Shown piece after piece: positions 1 to 10,380 of a DNA stretch of 64,000 nt. This DNA comes from a virus: IMG/VR virus record IMGVR_UViG_3300045303_000172, positions 14,289-78,288 of that record, one strand, 5' to 3'. The position numbers and the translations under genes are program-made. The notes beneath the pieces are model-generated. The model made no database searches and was not told the DNA's origin. It saw only the letters and a program-made list of their open reading frames with translations. Numbering within the stretch: the stretch's first letter is position 1; the number at the start of each line of letters is the position of its first letter.

Positions 1-16
1 CGATCACCAAATACAC

Positions 17-317
17 CTAAACCTTCCGCATCCTGATCCCTCTGGAGCCGCCAAATGAAATTCATCGAACACCTTCGAGCGCATCAGTTTTACCGCCTCA
101 TCTGCGCTGAGATGGGTTGGAAATCCGAACTTCCAGCGATCCGCCCGCGCCCGAAGTGGTTCCACCTCCTCAAGCGCAAGCCCGACGGAAACTGGTCGCT
201 CTCCATGATCCTGCTGGATAAATGGCTCGTTACACCGTGGGAGAAACTCTGGTTCCGATTCTGGGATGCTTGCGTTTGGGTAGCGCTTAAACTCGGCGTG
301 CTCTGATCCCTCTCGAG
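17..317. repeat. imperfect direct repeat 17-47 / 287-317 (core CTGATCCCTCT[G/C]GAG), offset 270 bp
   Basis: 14/15 identity at 33-47 vs 303-317; minus-strand stop codons at 17-19 and 287-289 have the same offset. Confidence 0.7.
55..306 (+). CDS. hypothetical Trp-rich protein (83 aa), convergent with the giant virion gene
   Basis: ATG-started ORF; its stop lies inside a repeat also found at 33-47. Confidence 0.5.
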   Translation: MKFIEHLRAHQFYRLICAEMGWKSELPAIRPRPKWFHLLKRKPDGNWSLSMILLDKWLVTPWEKLWFRFWDACVWVALKLGVL

Positions 318-3300
318 TTACGACCTCTCAACCCGAAGCTCTTTACTCGAGCCGAACGCACTCGCGAACCACGCAAGCCTCGAATACCGTGGCTTCGAAG
401 CCCTCGGAGCCCTGATTTAGTGCGGCCGCCACCCCGGATACCAACCACTCTCGGCACTCCGCCACCGCCCGCAATTCCACCGCCCACGGCTCCGCTGGTG
501 GACAATCCAGGCGCGGCGCTTTGTCCACCCATGATCGAGCCGCCCCCGCGCAATCCGACGCTCCCAGCGCCTATTCCAGCGCCACCTGCAGACGCCCGGA
601 GGCCGATAGACCGACTGGGAGCAGACATGGGCGCAGGACCCAGCGGACTCGCTGGCGCACGACCACCACCTCCACCGCCTTCCTCGTGGATATAATCAGG
701 TTCATTGAGCCCAAACTCACGGGCGTAGGCTTGTCGACCTTTGACGAAGGTGTCCAATTCAGCCAACTGATCGGCTGGCAGAGACTTCCGTAGCTCAGCC
801 ATCTCCTTGTCTGTAAGATTGCGCCCATACGTGGCCATGAACGGGTTACGTGCGATGATGGACTTGTCGAACGCAGCTTCCGCATCGTCTCGGTCCTTGC
901 CCGCTTTCACCAGGGCGTCAACACCCGCCTTGCGTTCGGTTCGGACGGTTGCCATGTCTGGGCCGCCAGTGCGGGACAGGGCGTTCACCACATTGTCCAC
1001 CATGGCGCGGGCGGGGCCGTATTGAATGGCGCCGGTCTGGTAGGTGTTCGGTTTGATCTCGACGCCGACGGGGGCGTTGGCCGTCAGGATGGAGCGGACG
1101 TTGCTTTCCGTGTTCAACCCTTCACGGGACGCCACCCGGTTTAATAGCATCGCGGAGTCGGGAACGAACTGGCGGTAGAGATCGAAGAAAGGCCGAACGA
1201 TCTGTTTGGTCTGCCACGCCTTCGAGAACGTCTTCATCACCGACTCGGCCATGCTCAGCGGGAAAAGCTGGATGCCATAAGCTGACATTCGTGAGCCCGG
1301 AGCCGCCGCCCCGAACAGGTTGACGACGGCCCGGCCAAGGATTGGCATCTGCCCGGCCATGTTCTGCACGTCTGTCAGGACAGCTTCCCCTGGGGTGCGC
1401 GACTTCCAAATGGGCCGGATCTGCGTTTCTTGGTTGTAGAAGAACTTTCGAATCCATGCGGCCAGTGGTTGGTAAACGGCGCCGAACGCGGACAGCAGAA
1501 CGATCAGCGTTGCCATGTCCTGGAATTTCTCCAAGTCCTTCCACACCGCATGACGCGGATCTCGAGACCATTCCGAGAACGAGCGCGCGAGCTGGGCGTT
1601 ATCGTTGGCGCCGTAGCCGAACATGAGCCCCGCCCACCGGCCAGCCTGCGTCTTGTAAAATGGGCGATTCTTGAACCCGGACTTGTTGATGTAATCCGCC
1701 GCACCACGGACGAGTGACTCGTATTTTTCGGGTGTGAGGAACTCGCGGAGCGTGATCGGAGGCGCCCCCGTCTGCCGACGCTGCCAGAATCGGATGAGTT
1801 CTTGGTCAAGGTTGATCCCCTCGGCGTCGAAGAAAGCCTTCAGATTAACCAAGTCGGCCGGCCGCGCATCCTTGCGCCCGAAAACTTCCTGGGCCGTTAG
1901 AACGGTCTTGCGCGGATCCAGTCCAAGTGTTGCCCGCGAATCGAGCGCCCGCTGGCTGAACCGGAACACCTCGCCGAGAATCCGGTTGGCCACGGTATCG
2001 GCCAGCATGTTGTTGACGGTGTCCACCGCCCCGACGCCCATCGAACGCGGCATCGGCACGGAAAGACTTTGCAACCCCATCTCGTTGGCGAGCAGGATGC
2101 CGGTCTTGAATGTGCCCCAGGCTTTGGACGCTGTGGTCTGTTTGCCTTCCCGGAGCTGGCCACCGCTCTGCCAATGGGTTAGGAGCGCATCCCAGTTGTA
2201 GCGCAACGGATCATCGTCCTTGACGCCGATCTTCTGGAGCATCTCGACGCGGCCCTGCTGGCGCATCATGTAATCGGCAATGCCTCCCGCGAACTTTGCC
2301 CAATAGGATTGGTTGTTGTGCAGGTAATCAGCCATCGCCTTCATCTTCGGCGTGACTTCCGGCTGGTTCAGGATCGCACCAAGGATGCCTCTGACGGTGT
2401 TCGCTCCGTGCTCAGCCAGATACTTCGCGCTGTAGTAGGTGCCACCGATCACCGGATTGCGTTGCATCCAATTGTGGCCGGAGCGCAAGAGCGTCATCTC
2501 AAGCCACGCCTTCTTGAACGGCGCACCCATCCAATTCTGGAGCATTGTCGGCTTTCGGGACAGAACGGTATTAGCAATCAGGCTGCGCGTGATCGAGAGC
2601 GGCTCCAGCAGCCAATGATCGTAAGCCTTCCCGCCGTCCACATACCCGGCGATGTCTTTCAGGATAAGCCCAACCAGCGCCTCGTTCTCTTTGGCTTCCT
2701 CGAAGTTCAGGAAGTTCTCGCCGTTGATCTGGCCTTGGCGAATCGACTCCGGACTGGCCAAGCCTTTCAGGATCGCATCCTTCCAATCGTTCACCTGCTT
2801 CTGGATTGCCCGGTGCAAGCTCTGGACCTCGTTGACGTACCGCTGGGCGAAGATTTCACCAATTGAACCACGAATTCTGGCCTGCGATTCCTCGGTGCCG
2901 ACGTGGTAGGTGTAAAGCCCGCGGGGAAGGATCTGCTTGCCGCGAGGCCGGTTCATGAAGTTCTCAGCCGACGTTACGTCGATGCGCGTCTTGTCCGGGT
3001 CAAGGATGTGATCCTCGCGCTTTTCGTCCGCCGTGAACCGCGTAATTGTGCCGTCGATCTCTTTAAGGATCTGCTCACGGATGTCAGCCTTGGCCATCTG
3101 CTGATCAGGCGGCAAGTTCCGTTGGCGTCCGAAAATCTCGTCCACCAGGTCGGCGACAGAGTTGATATGCGTCTTTCCGGTAAGATCGCGCTGGCTCTGC
3201 AGGTCCTGGTAAATCTTCTTGAACGGACTGTTCACGTCTGCCGCGTAGCTAGGGTCCTCGTGCGTTTCGATGTGCGAACGCAGCACTTGGTCGAGGTAGC

Positions 3301-6300
3301 GCGTGCTCAGCAGTCGATCGTACTCAGCCAGCTTTTGTGTGTCCGTCAGCTCGCTCGAGTCGTGGATCTTCATCCAGTCGCCCGTGAAGCCGATAGTATT
3401 TCGGGCTAGCCCGCGCGGCACCGTCATCCCGCTCGTGTCTTGAGCTTCACGTTCGAAGCGCAAATCTCCGATCTGATCCCGAGTCTTGATTGTCTCACCT
3501 TTGCCGGTGGCGAACCCGAGGGTTTCCTTGGCTCCTTTGCGCTGGGCATCGACGTACGCCTTCTGCGCCCGGACAGCGGCCATGTCCTCGGAGGTGATTA
3601 CGTGTCCGTCGATCTTATCTCCAACGCCGCGCTCCGGGGCACCGAGGGCGTTGTAGCCAGAGAGGATGCGGTTGGCGATTTTCTCCAACCAATCGTCCAG
3701 TTCCATCTTGGCTTTGGTGAACGCTTTCTTGGTTGGCTTCGTGGCCGCGATGCCCATCCGATTGTCGATCTGCTGGGACCGGCGCAGGAACTCCGAATAG
3801 TTCGCCAGTGCCCACATGCCCTTGGACGCGAGCGGCCCCCCTGACATCGCCGTAAAGAAAGCTGGAATGTTCTTCATGCCGGGGACATGGCGAGCGATGA
3901 AGTCGAATGCGTTGAATCCGCCAGCAATGGACTTGCCACTCTCTGGGTCCCAAAGCTGGTTCATCCATTTATTGGTGATGGCGGCAAGGTGTTCCTCGGC
4001 GAAGAACCGTTTCAGCGGGTCCGCGTTGGGATTCTTTGTCGGATCAAGATAGTCGGAATACCATCGCTCAGCCGTCTCTAGCGCTTTCGTATCAGCCAAG
4101 TAACCTTCACGGGTGAAGTTTTGGCGAAGCTCGACGCTTTGAGTTGGGTCGGCAGGATTGATAAAGACGGGGTGCCCCTCCTTGCTCTCTTTGTCCATGA
4201 GCGCGGCGGCGCCGGTCAGCTCCGTCGCCTGCTTGTAGTTCTCCTGGAACGCTGGATCTCGAATCGTGCGGTCGAGAAAGTCCTTCGCGGCGGCGACGTT
4301 TTGCGCTTTGGCCTGTAGCGCCTTCACGCGGTCGCTCATCTCTGGGTCTTTGATGCCAAGCAGCCGCTCCGCTAGGTTCGGCATGGACGCAACGGCCTTT
4401 TCCACCTGGGCAACGACTTCCGGGGATGCTCCAATCTTCTGCGGGTTGGCCGCTTTCCAGGCCGCGAGCACGTCGGCGGCTGTCGATGCTGGATTGCGGA
4501 GCACGGCGTCTGGCGTGTCCTTCACCATTGAACCGAGCACATTGCTGCCGGACGATTCGATGTCAGTCCAGTTGGCCAGCTCGGCATCAGCAGCGTCTCT
4601 GGCCACGTCGTCGCCAGCCTTCACGGCTTCGGCGCGTTCCCTGAGAACCTGATCACGGCGCACGTCGATCACGGAACCGGACAGTCGCAGGGCGCGTTCT
4701 TTAGGAAGGGCCTCGCGTTCTGCCCTGAGCGCGCTGGACGCTTCCGCTGCTGTCTCCTTGGCCTTCTTGGCCATGTTCTTCTGATCCTGGAGCAAATTGA
4801 ATATGGACGACTCCGCGCCCATGACGACAAGGGCTTGATCGTGGATCTCGGGCGAGACTGCCTCTGCAACCTTCCGAAGATCGCCAGCGGGAGCTTGGTA
4901 GGGCGCCTTCTGCATTTGGCCGGCCGCAGCCTGAGCCATGTTCATTGCCTCGATGCGACCGCCAATCTCAGGAAGCTCGGTTTGAACTTCTGGAGGGAGC
5001 GCGGCGAAGTCCTGGGCGACGTGGCCGACGGTGACTTGGTTCTGAGCGTGAAAGGCTTTGGCGAGCTTCAGTGCCTGCGGCTGCTTCATCCTGTCGAAGC
5101 TCGCCGTCATCTTGCGATACTCTTCCTCTGTGTTGATGGGGTTGAGGGAGAATTTGATTTCGTCGGGACCTGAGAGAGGATGATCCACAGACTGGCGAGA
5201 CGAAGCAAAGTCAGCCACAGCTTTGGCTAGGATGTCACGGGCCTTTGTGACATCAGAGAAGAACTGGCTGGCCTTGTAAGGTGTCTCCCGAATGGCTGAA
5301 ATGATTCGGTTGAACCAATTCAGAATGGCGTTGGCGACTTTGGAGAATAGACTTGGGTCCTTGGCCTTGAAGGCGTCCCAGAACTTCGGTTCAAGGAACT
5401 GCTCCCCCTGGAAATGGGCGATCAATTCCTCTTCCAGATTATCTGGTGATTCGTCGTAGCCTCGCTTATTTACGGCTTCACGCTCCCATTCGCCCAAATT
5501 CTGGGCCAGTGGGCGTAAGGCATCCCTGAGTCCATTGTAGAGGTCGGGGCTGAGTACCCGCATCTGGTGCAAGAGTTCGTGTCCCACCATGCTGAGAAGC
5601 GGTTTCGGATCGTTGGCGTCCACAAAAACCACTCCTCGCAGACCGGACACAGACACACCAGCACGGCTCCCTGGTGCCACATCGTCATGATATGTGACAA
5701 CTCGGATTCCGAACAAACGTTCAAGGAGAGCAGCTCCTCCCGCTTCGGATTGACTGAGACGTGCCCGCCCTGTTTCCTGATTTCTCTCGCCAAGTCCAAT
5801 GTACCTAGCCATCCCGCTATCACGCGCAAGAACCTCACCGAGTTTGTTTCGGAGCGTCCTGTCTTGTTCTGCTCTTGTGTTTCCATACTGTTTGAATCGG
5901 TCAAGTTGGTCTTGGCCTGTTGGGATTTCATGTTGTCGCTCTGCTGCGAGCGGCTCTTCTCCAAATCCTGTCGAATCCCATCCTGGCGGGTAAGGGTTGA
6001 GTGAGTATTTGGCTTCGGGGGGTTGGGGAATCTGCGCTTCCTCAGCCGCTTGCCTTCCCTGTTCCTTCGTCGGCAGGGATTCACTGAATCCTTTTGGCTG
6101 CTTGGTCGAAGTCTCAATCGCCTTCACCTTGGCCAGCATCCGCTCCAGTGCGAAGCGAGTCTTCGGAATCGTGAACGTCCCGTCGCCCGGAATGTCGAGC
6201 GTCACCGTTCCTGGATCTGGCCTAAATCCGGTTCCCTCAATTTCACTTTTCTTCGAGCTGAATTTCTTTCCTGACTCGTCGCTTATCGGCTTGTCAGAAT

Positions 6301-9300
6301 GCCATTTATTGCCGGATAGAACCTGCTCCGAAGCCAAGGCTTTTGCATCCTCAAGTGGAAGACCTTCGGAAATTACCTGCCTGATTTTTCTCGCAGTCTT
6401 ACCAGATAGAAGAGTGTCGCTAATTTCAACGCGCCAGCTTCCATCTTTATTTTTGATCAGCGTCAGGGCGGTGTTCAGTGGACCTTTATCCGTGAACACG
6501 TCGATCTTCTGAATGCCGTTGTAGGTCTTCGGCTTTCCGAAAACTGCCTCGCCTTCGAGCTTAGGCAGCTTGGCAATCTCGGCTTCGACAAGTCCGGCGA
6601 TCTCAGCCTTGATGTCCTTCGCTGGCCGCTGGCCTTCGGTCTTGGCGACTGCCTTGACTTCGGTTTCGACTTTGGCCGCAGCTTGCGCTGGAGTCACGAC
6701 GGGCTTGGCCTTCTGCTTTTCAAGCGCGTCAATCTGATCTTGGATCTTCGCCATGCGAGTGGCGATCTTGCGGGACAACTCGGCGGTGATGGGCGGTGGA
6801 ACTCTTCCACCAAGCTTGGCGGTTTGCTTGTTGAGCGCCTTCTGCTCTTTGGCGAGTTCCTGTTTAAGCCCGGCAATTTGAACATCAACCCCCGCCGATT
6901 CCGCCGGAGTTGCCGGAGCGAGTTCAGGAATCGGCGCCTCGGGCACTGGAGTTGGAACAGCTCTCTTCGTCCGCATCCCAACCTTAGTCCCAAGATCTCC
7001 CTGCGGAAGTTCAATTCCTTGCCGCTGGAGGAACGAATTAACCTTCCCGCCGAGCGACTTAAAAAACTCCGTTTTATCGGCCTGATTCGTTGACTCCCGC
7101 GTGGTGTAGTTGTCGAGGTATCTGGCAATGTCTGATTTTGTTCCTCCGAGTTCCTTGAGCCTTCGAGCGGCAATAACTGCGCTCAGGAATCGGTCGTTGT
7201 TCTCACCCTCTTCGATTCCTCGATTGACGGCCTGAGTTAGCGTCATGGCGAGTTGCTCTCGATCTGTTTCGAGCGCAACCTGCGACGGATCGAAACGCTT
7301 ATCCACTTCCCAAGATTTCCACGGTCCGCTGCGCTGATTGAATGGTCCATCGAAGAAAGCGGTAAATTTAGCCTGCTGTTCCGGCGTGAGCTTCTTCTCG
7401 AACTTTGCCGTGTCACGCTCTTCGGTCATGAAGCGTTGAAGAGTTTCCGCCTGCTCGTCATCCAACCCGATCTGCTCTTTGTAAAGCTCACGTTCCTCAC
7501 GGAGTCTGACCTCTCGGAATTTGAGTAAAGCGTCCACTGAATCGAAAGACGCTGGTTCGGGTGCCTGTTTGATCGCCGTTGTTGGAGGCGTCTCTTCTGC
7601 CGGTTTGGCAACTGGGGGTTCGGCGACTGGCTTCTTTGTGTTGCCACTGTTCAGCCATTCCTTAAATTGGTCCTTCGTCATCTTAGTGACGCCACCAACG
7701 CGATACATGCCCATGGCGTCAGAAAAAGCTCGGGTGTAAGCGCCGACTGCTTCCTCCTGAGTTTGGAATCCGAGTAACGCTTTGTGCTCGTCGAACTTTC
7801 CAGTTTCGAGATTCTTCTGGTCTACGACGTAAACAGTTGGCGCTTCGGGGTGGTCACCGACGTAAACATCAACATGGTCCTTGTCTCGGCCTACCGTGCC
7901 TTTGACGTAGCCATAGTGCGCTGGCATCACAACTTCCCACGGCTTACCGTTTTTGTCGGTGCCGCTTCGGATCGAGCCTTTTGCGTTCTCGATGCTGATG
8001 TCAATGCCGTCAATCGAGACGTGGCCTTTTTGAAAGTTCCCAGCTTCTTTCTGTGCCTCGGTGGGGTTCGGCTTAACTTGCGCAGCGGCTTGCTCAACAG
8101 CGCGTCGCTTCCTCAACCCTACCGGCTTCGCAGGCCGGGTTTCTTCTTGCGGCGGTAGGGTGGAAGCCCCTTGGCTTTCCGTTGGACTGAGAGGGCGATT
8201 GCCAGTGCTTGGCGGTGTGGTTTCCCCGCCGCTTCCTCCCGCTTGATGTTCTCCCCCACCGCCTTGCGGCTGGCTGACATTAGTAGTGGCATTTGGTCCT
8301 TTCTCTGCTGGCGTAACCACGGGCGCGCTCGGCGTAACCGGCGTTACGTTTTCCGGTGGTTTGGTTACGGGTGTGGACGTCGGTGGCTTGGCGAACGTGT
8401 CGGCTGGAAGTTCAGGCAACGCTGCTCTCGGCCCAACCCGCACGTTGAGTCCTGGCTGCAAGCCCACAGCTGAATACGGCAGCACAGTCACCTTGTTCTG
8501 GCCGTGATAGTGGACAAACAGTCCTGACTCATCACCGCCGACAATCACCCCGATGGGCACGCCTCGGGAATCAATCGTGTTCCCGATGTAATCCGAGACA
8601 TGCGGCAATCCGACGCCAATGATGGGTGCTGGCGGCGCCTTGCCTGCGTCGATGGCTTCCGCCTCCTTGTCGATGCGGAACTTCGTCTCTGCTTCCGCTA
8701 AGCCCGCGTCGTCGATCTGGCCAGCCCGGTGAGCTTTGAGCGCAGTGTCGTAGGCGACTTCTGGCGGAACAATGCGAGCGGGCGCTGCAACAGTGCTGTC
8801 CGGCGCGGCTGGCGCTCGGAGTTCGCTGATCCCATGCTTCACGCCGCCATAGGCGAATCCGGCCCCGATCAATCCACCGACAAGCTCGCGGGCGGCTCCC
8901 TCGGTGTCACCATTGCTGAGAGCCTTGAAACCGGCAATGAGTTGGCCAGGGGACGAAAGTGCCATTTGCGCCGTGTAGGCGTGGGCGATGCCTCTGGCCG
9001 CGGCAGGCGAGATTTCACCCATGCCCAGCGTCGTCAGGCCCCAAGGTGTCAGGAAGAAATCAGCTACGCCTGAAATCGCTTGCTGGAGTCCAGCTATCGG
9101 CTTTGCGGCACCTTCAGGCACACCGAGCGTCGTCAGGTCCTCGGGTGACAGTTTTGGAGTCTGCGGGAATTCTTCCGGCTGCGCGACGCCGGTCAGCATC
9201 GCCTTCTGTGCCGCTTCGGTCGGAGGCTCCGAAAGAAACCTTGGTATATCCCTCTCAAATTGCTGGCGTCGCTGTTCAAAACCTGACTGGACATCGGCTA

Positions 9301-9541
9301 ACTGCTGCTCTCGGGCTGGAAAGGCTTGCGGAACTGGTGCCAGTTGAGGTTCAGCCATCAGAGGCGAACGAGACCCGGGTGGCTGCACATCCGGCCATTC
9401 GCGGCCGGTAATTGGCGTGATCGGAGAGGGTTCCTCTATCGGCGCGAAATCCCGATTGATCGCTTGGAGAATTTGACCGTCATCCCAATCGTCAGGAAAT
9501 GAGACTAGCCCGTGATTCGGAACATCTACGATCTTTCCCAT
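287..9541 (-). CDS. giant internal virion (ejection) polyvalent protein with inorganic-pyrophosphatase-like and zincin metallopeptidase domains
   Basis: 3084 aa; N-terminal VSFPDDW motif; PTEAQKEAGNFQKGH...HYGYVKGTVGRDKDHVDVY...FDEHK (InPase domain, about 7640-8070); GHELLH...EELIA (about 5420-5590); no cysteine; last gene of the structural operon. Confidence 0.85.
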   Translation of the reverse strand: MGKIVDVPNHGLVSFPDDWDDGQILQAINRDFAPIEEPSPITPITGREWPDVQPPGSRSPLMAEPQLAPVPQAFPAREQQLADVQSGFEQRRQQFERDIPRFLSEPPTEAAQKAMLTGVAQPEEFPQTPKLSPEDLTTLGVPEGAAKPIAGLQQAISGVADFFLTPWGLTTLGMGEISPAAARGIAHAYTAQMALSSPGQLIAGFKALSNGDTEGAARELVGGLIGAGFAYGGVKHGISELRAPAAPDSTVAAPARIVPPEVAYDTALKAHRAGQIDDAGLAEAETKFRIDKEAEAIDAGKAPPAPIIGVGLPHVSDYIGNTIDSRGVPIGVIVGGDESGLFVHYHGQNKVTVLPYSAVGLQPGLNVRVGPRAALPELPADTFAKPPTSTPVTKPPENVTPVTPSAPVVTPAEKGPNATTNVSQPQGGGGEHQAGGSGGETTPPSTGNRPLSPTESQGASTLPPQEETRPAKPVGLRKRRAVEQAAAQVKPNPTEAQKEAGNFQKGHVSIDGIDISIENAKGSIRSGTDKNGKPWEVVMPAHYGYVKGTVGRDKDHVDVYVGDHPEAPTVYVVDQKNLETGKFDEHKALLGFQTQEEAVGAYTRAFSDAMGMYRVGGVTKMTKDQFKEWLNSGNTKKPVAEPPVAKPAEETPPTTAIKQAPEPASFDSVDALLKFREVRLREERELYKEQIGLDDEQAETLQRFMTEERDTAKFEKKLTPEQQAKFTAFFDGPFNQRSGPWKSWEVDKRFDPSQVALETDREQLAMTLTQAVNRGIEEGENNDRFLSAVIAARRLKELGGTKSDIARYLDNYTTRESTNQADKTEFFKSLGGKVNSFLQRQGIELPQGDLGTKVGMRTKRAVPTPVPEAPIPELAPATPAESAGVDVQIAGLKQELAKEQKALNKQTAKLGGRVPPPITAELSRKIATRMAKIQDQIDALEKQKAKPVVTPAQAAAKVETEVKAVAKTEGQRPAKDIKAEIAGLVEAEIAKLPKLEGEAVFGKPKTYNGIQKIDVFTDKGPLNTALTLIKNKDGSWRVEISDTLLSGKTARKIRQVISEGLPLEDAKALASEQVLSGNKWHSDKPISDESGKKFSSKKSEIEGTGFRPDPGTVTLDIPGDGTFTIPKTRFALERMLAKVKAIETSTKQPKGFSESLPTKEQGRQAAEEAQIPQPPEAKYSLNPYPPGWDSTGFGEEPLAAERQHEIPTGQDQLDRFKQYGNTRAEQDRTLRNKLGEVLARDSGMARYIGLGERNQETGRARLSQSEAGGAALLERLFGIRVVTYHDDVAPGSRAGVSVSGLRGVVFVDANDPKPLLSMVGHELLHQMRVLSPDLYNGLRDALRPLAQNLGEWEREAVNKRGYDESPDNLEEELIAHFQGEQFLEPKFWDAFKAKDPSLFSKVANAILNWFNRIISAIRETPYKASQFFSDVTKARDILAKAVADFASSRQSVDHPLSGPDEIKFSLNPINTEEEYRKMTASFDRMKQPQALKLAKAFHAQNQVTVGHVAQDFAALPPEVQTELPEIGGRIEAMNMAQAAAGQMQKAPYQAPAGDLRKVAEAVSPEIHDQALVVMGAESSIFNLLQDQKNMAKKAKETAAEASSALRAEREALPKERALRLSGSVIDVRRDQVLRERAEAVKAGDDVARDAADAELANWTDIESSGSNVLGSMVKDTPDAVLRNPASTAADVLAAWKAANPQKIGASPEVVAQVEKAVASMPNLAERLLGIKDPEMSDRVKALQAKAQNVAAAKDFLDRTIRDPAFQENYKQATELTGAAALMDKESKEGHPVFINPADPTQSVELRQNFTREGYLADTKALETAERWYSDYLDPTKNPNADPLKRFFAEEHLAAITNKWMNQLWDPESGKSIAGGFNAFDFIARHVPGMKNIPAFFTAMSGGPLASKGMWALANYSEFLRRSQQIDNRMGIAATKPTKKAFTKAKMELDDWLEKIANRILSGYNALGAPERGVGDKIDGHVITSEDMAAVRAQKAYVDAQRKGAKETLGFATGKGETIKTRDQIGDLRFEREAQDTSGMTVPRGLARNTIGFTGDWMKIHDSSELTDTQKLAEYDRLLSTRYLDQVLRSHIETHEDPSYAADVNSPFKKIYQDLQSQRDLTGKTHINSVADLVDEIFGRQRNLPPDQQMAKADIREQILKEIDGTITRFTADEKREDHILDPDKTRIDVTSAENFMNRPRGKQILPRGLYTYHVGTEESQARIRGSIGEIFAQRYVNEVQSLHRAIQKQVNDWKDAILKGLASPESIRQGQINGENFLNFEEAKENEALVGLILKDIAGYVDGGKAYDHWLLEPLSITRSLIANTVLSRKPTMLQNWMGAPFKKAWLEMTLLRSGHNWMQRNPVIGGTYYSAKYLAEHGANTVRGILGAILNQPEVTPKMKAMADYLHNNQSYWAKFAGGIADYMMRQQGRVEMLQKIGVKDDDPLRYNWDALLTHWQSGGQLREGKQTTASKAWGTFKTGILLANEMGLQSLSVPMPRSMGVGAVDTVNNMLADTVANRILGEVFRFSQRALDSRATLGLDPRKTVLTAQEVFGRKDARPADLVNLKAFFDAEGINLDQELIRFWQRRQTGAPPITLREFLTPEKYESLVRGAADYINKSGFKNRPFYKTQAGRWAGLMFGYGANDNAQLARSFSEWSRDPRHAVWKDLEKFQDMATLIVLLSAFGAVYQPLAAWIRKFFYNQETQIRPIWKSRTPGEAVLTDVQNMAGQMPILGRAVVNLFGAAAPGSRMSAYGIQLFPLSMAESVMKTFSKAWQTKQIVRPFFDLYRQFVPDSAMLLNRVASREGLNTESNVRSILTANAPVGVEIKPNTYQTGAIQYGPARAMVDNVVNALSRTGGPDMATVRTERKAGVDALVKAGKDRDDAEAAFDKSIIARNPFMATYGRNLTDKEMAELRKSLPADQLAELDTFVKGRQAYAREFGLNEPDYIHEEGGGGGGRAPASPLGPAPMSAPSRSIGLRASAGGAGIGAGSVGLRGGGSIMGGQSAAPGLSTSGAVGGGIAGGGGVPRVVGIRGGGRTKSGLRGLRSHGIRGLRGSRVRSARVKSFGLRGRNSRGIRARRV

Positions 9542-9550
9542 TTGACATGA

Positions 9551-10375
9551 TTATTCAAGAGTTCCGGTTCTGGGATTCACTTTCCAGATTTTTGGAGAAT
9601 TCTGAGGTGCTGTAGGAATCGGAAACGGTGTTCCTGTTCTTCGGAAAATTATTGCGCCTTGGCCTGGAACGAAACCGGAACTCGTAATGATCCGCATGTG
9701 TTGGTCAAATTCGCGCTGAGCCTCTTGCTCCTTGCGTTTCGCCTCGTTGAAAGCCTCCATCTTCGACCTGAGTTCGGTGTTCAACCTGTCAGCCGTCGCC
9801 TGCTTGGTCTTATCCGGGTCGTCACCTTTGACCCTGAGCACAGTCTTATCTCTTTTGTCGCGCTCAATTAGTCCTTGGCTCTCCTTAGCCGCTAACTCGG
9901 TGTCGGTCTTGGCATATTCCTGGGCAGCTTGATCAAGTTGGGTTTTCGCATCCTGATTTTTCTTTATCAACTCCCCAAACGCACTGGCAAGCGAAGGTCC
10001 GAGGCTGTCGGCTTGCTGGGCGTATTCCTCGTGGACAGCTTGGATTCTTTTGGCTGCCGCACGCTCTGTGGCGGCGATCTTCTCTTCCCCGAGGTCCAAC
10101 CCTGCAAGTCCGAGCTTCTCCCGAAGCGCCCTATCCTCTTCGGCCTGCTGTGCGCTCGTGTTGAATTCGTAAGCGTGCTGCGCCTGGTTAGCCTGCTGGG
10201 CGTAGAGATTCTGACTTAGAGCGGCATTTTGATTGGCCTGCTCCATTGCCATGCGTTGGGCCGCCTGTTGAGCGGCGAGCAACGAAGCCGTGAAGCTGCG
10301 GTCGCTGTTCACGTCGGCTTGCTGGGCACCTTGAACCCCACCGTAGCTGTCGCCAAAGACAAATGGAAAGGCCAT
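9551..10375 (-). CDS. putative internal virion/ejection protein (coiled-coil, Q/A-rich)
   Basis: Directly upstream of the giant gene; helical Q/A/K composition; no cysteine. Confidence 0.6.
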   Translation of the reverse strand: MAFPFVFGDSYGGVQGAQQADVNSDRSFTASLLAAQQAAQRMAMEQANQNAALSQNLYAQQANQAQHAYEFNTSAQQAEEDRALREKLGLAGLDLGEEKIAATERAAAKRIQAVHEEYAQQADSLGPSLASAFGELIKKNQDAKTQLDQAAQEYAKTDTELAAKESQGLIERDKRDKTVLRVKGDDPDKTKQATADRLNTELRSKMEAFNEAKRKEQEAQREFDQHMRIITSSGFVPGQGAIIFRRTGTPFPIPTAPQNSPKIWKVNPRTGTLE

Positions 10376-10380
10376 AGGCG

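Noticed and set aside
287-9541. N4-like virion RNA polymerase
   Set aside because: Size and lack of Cys fit, but I could not find convincing T7-type or DxDGD polymerase motifs
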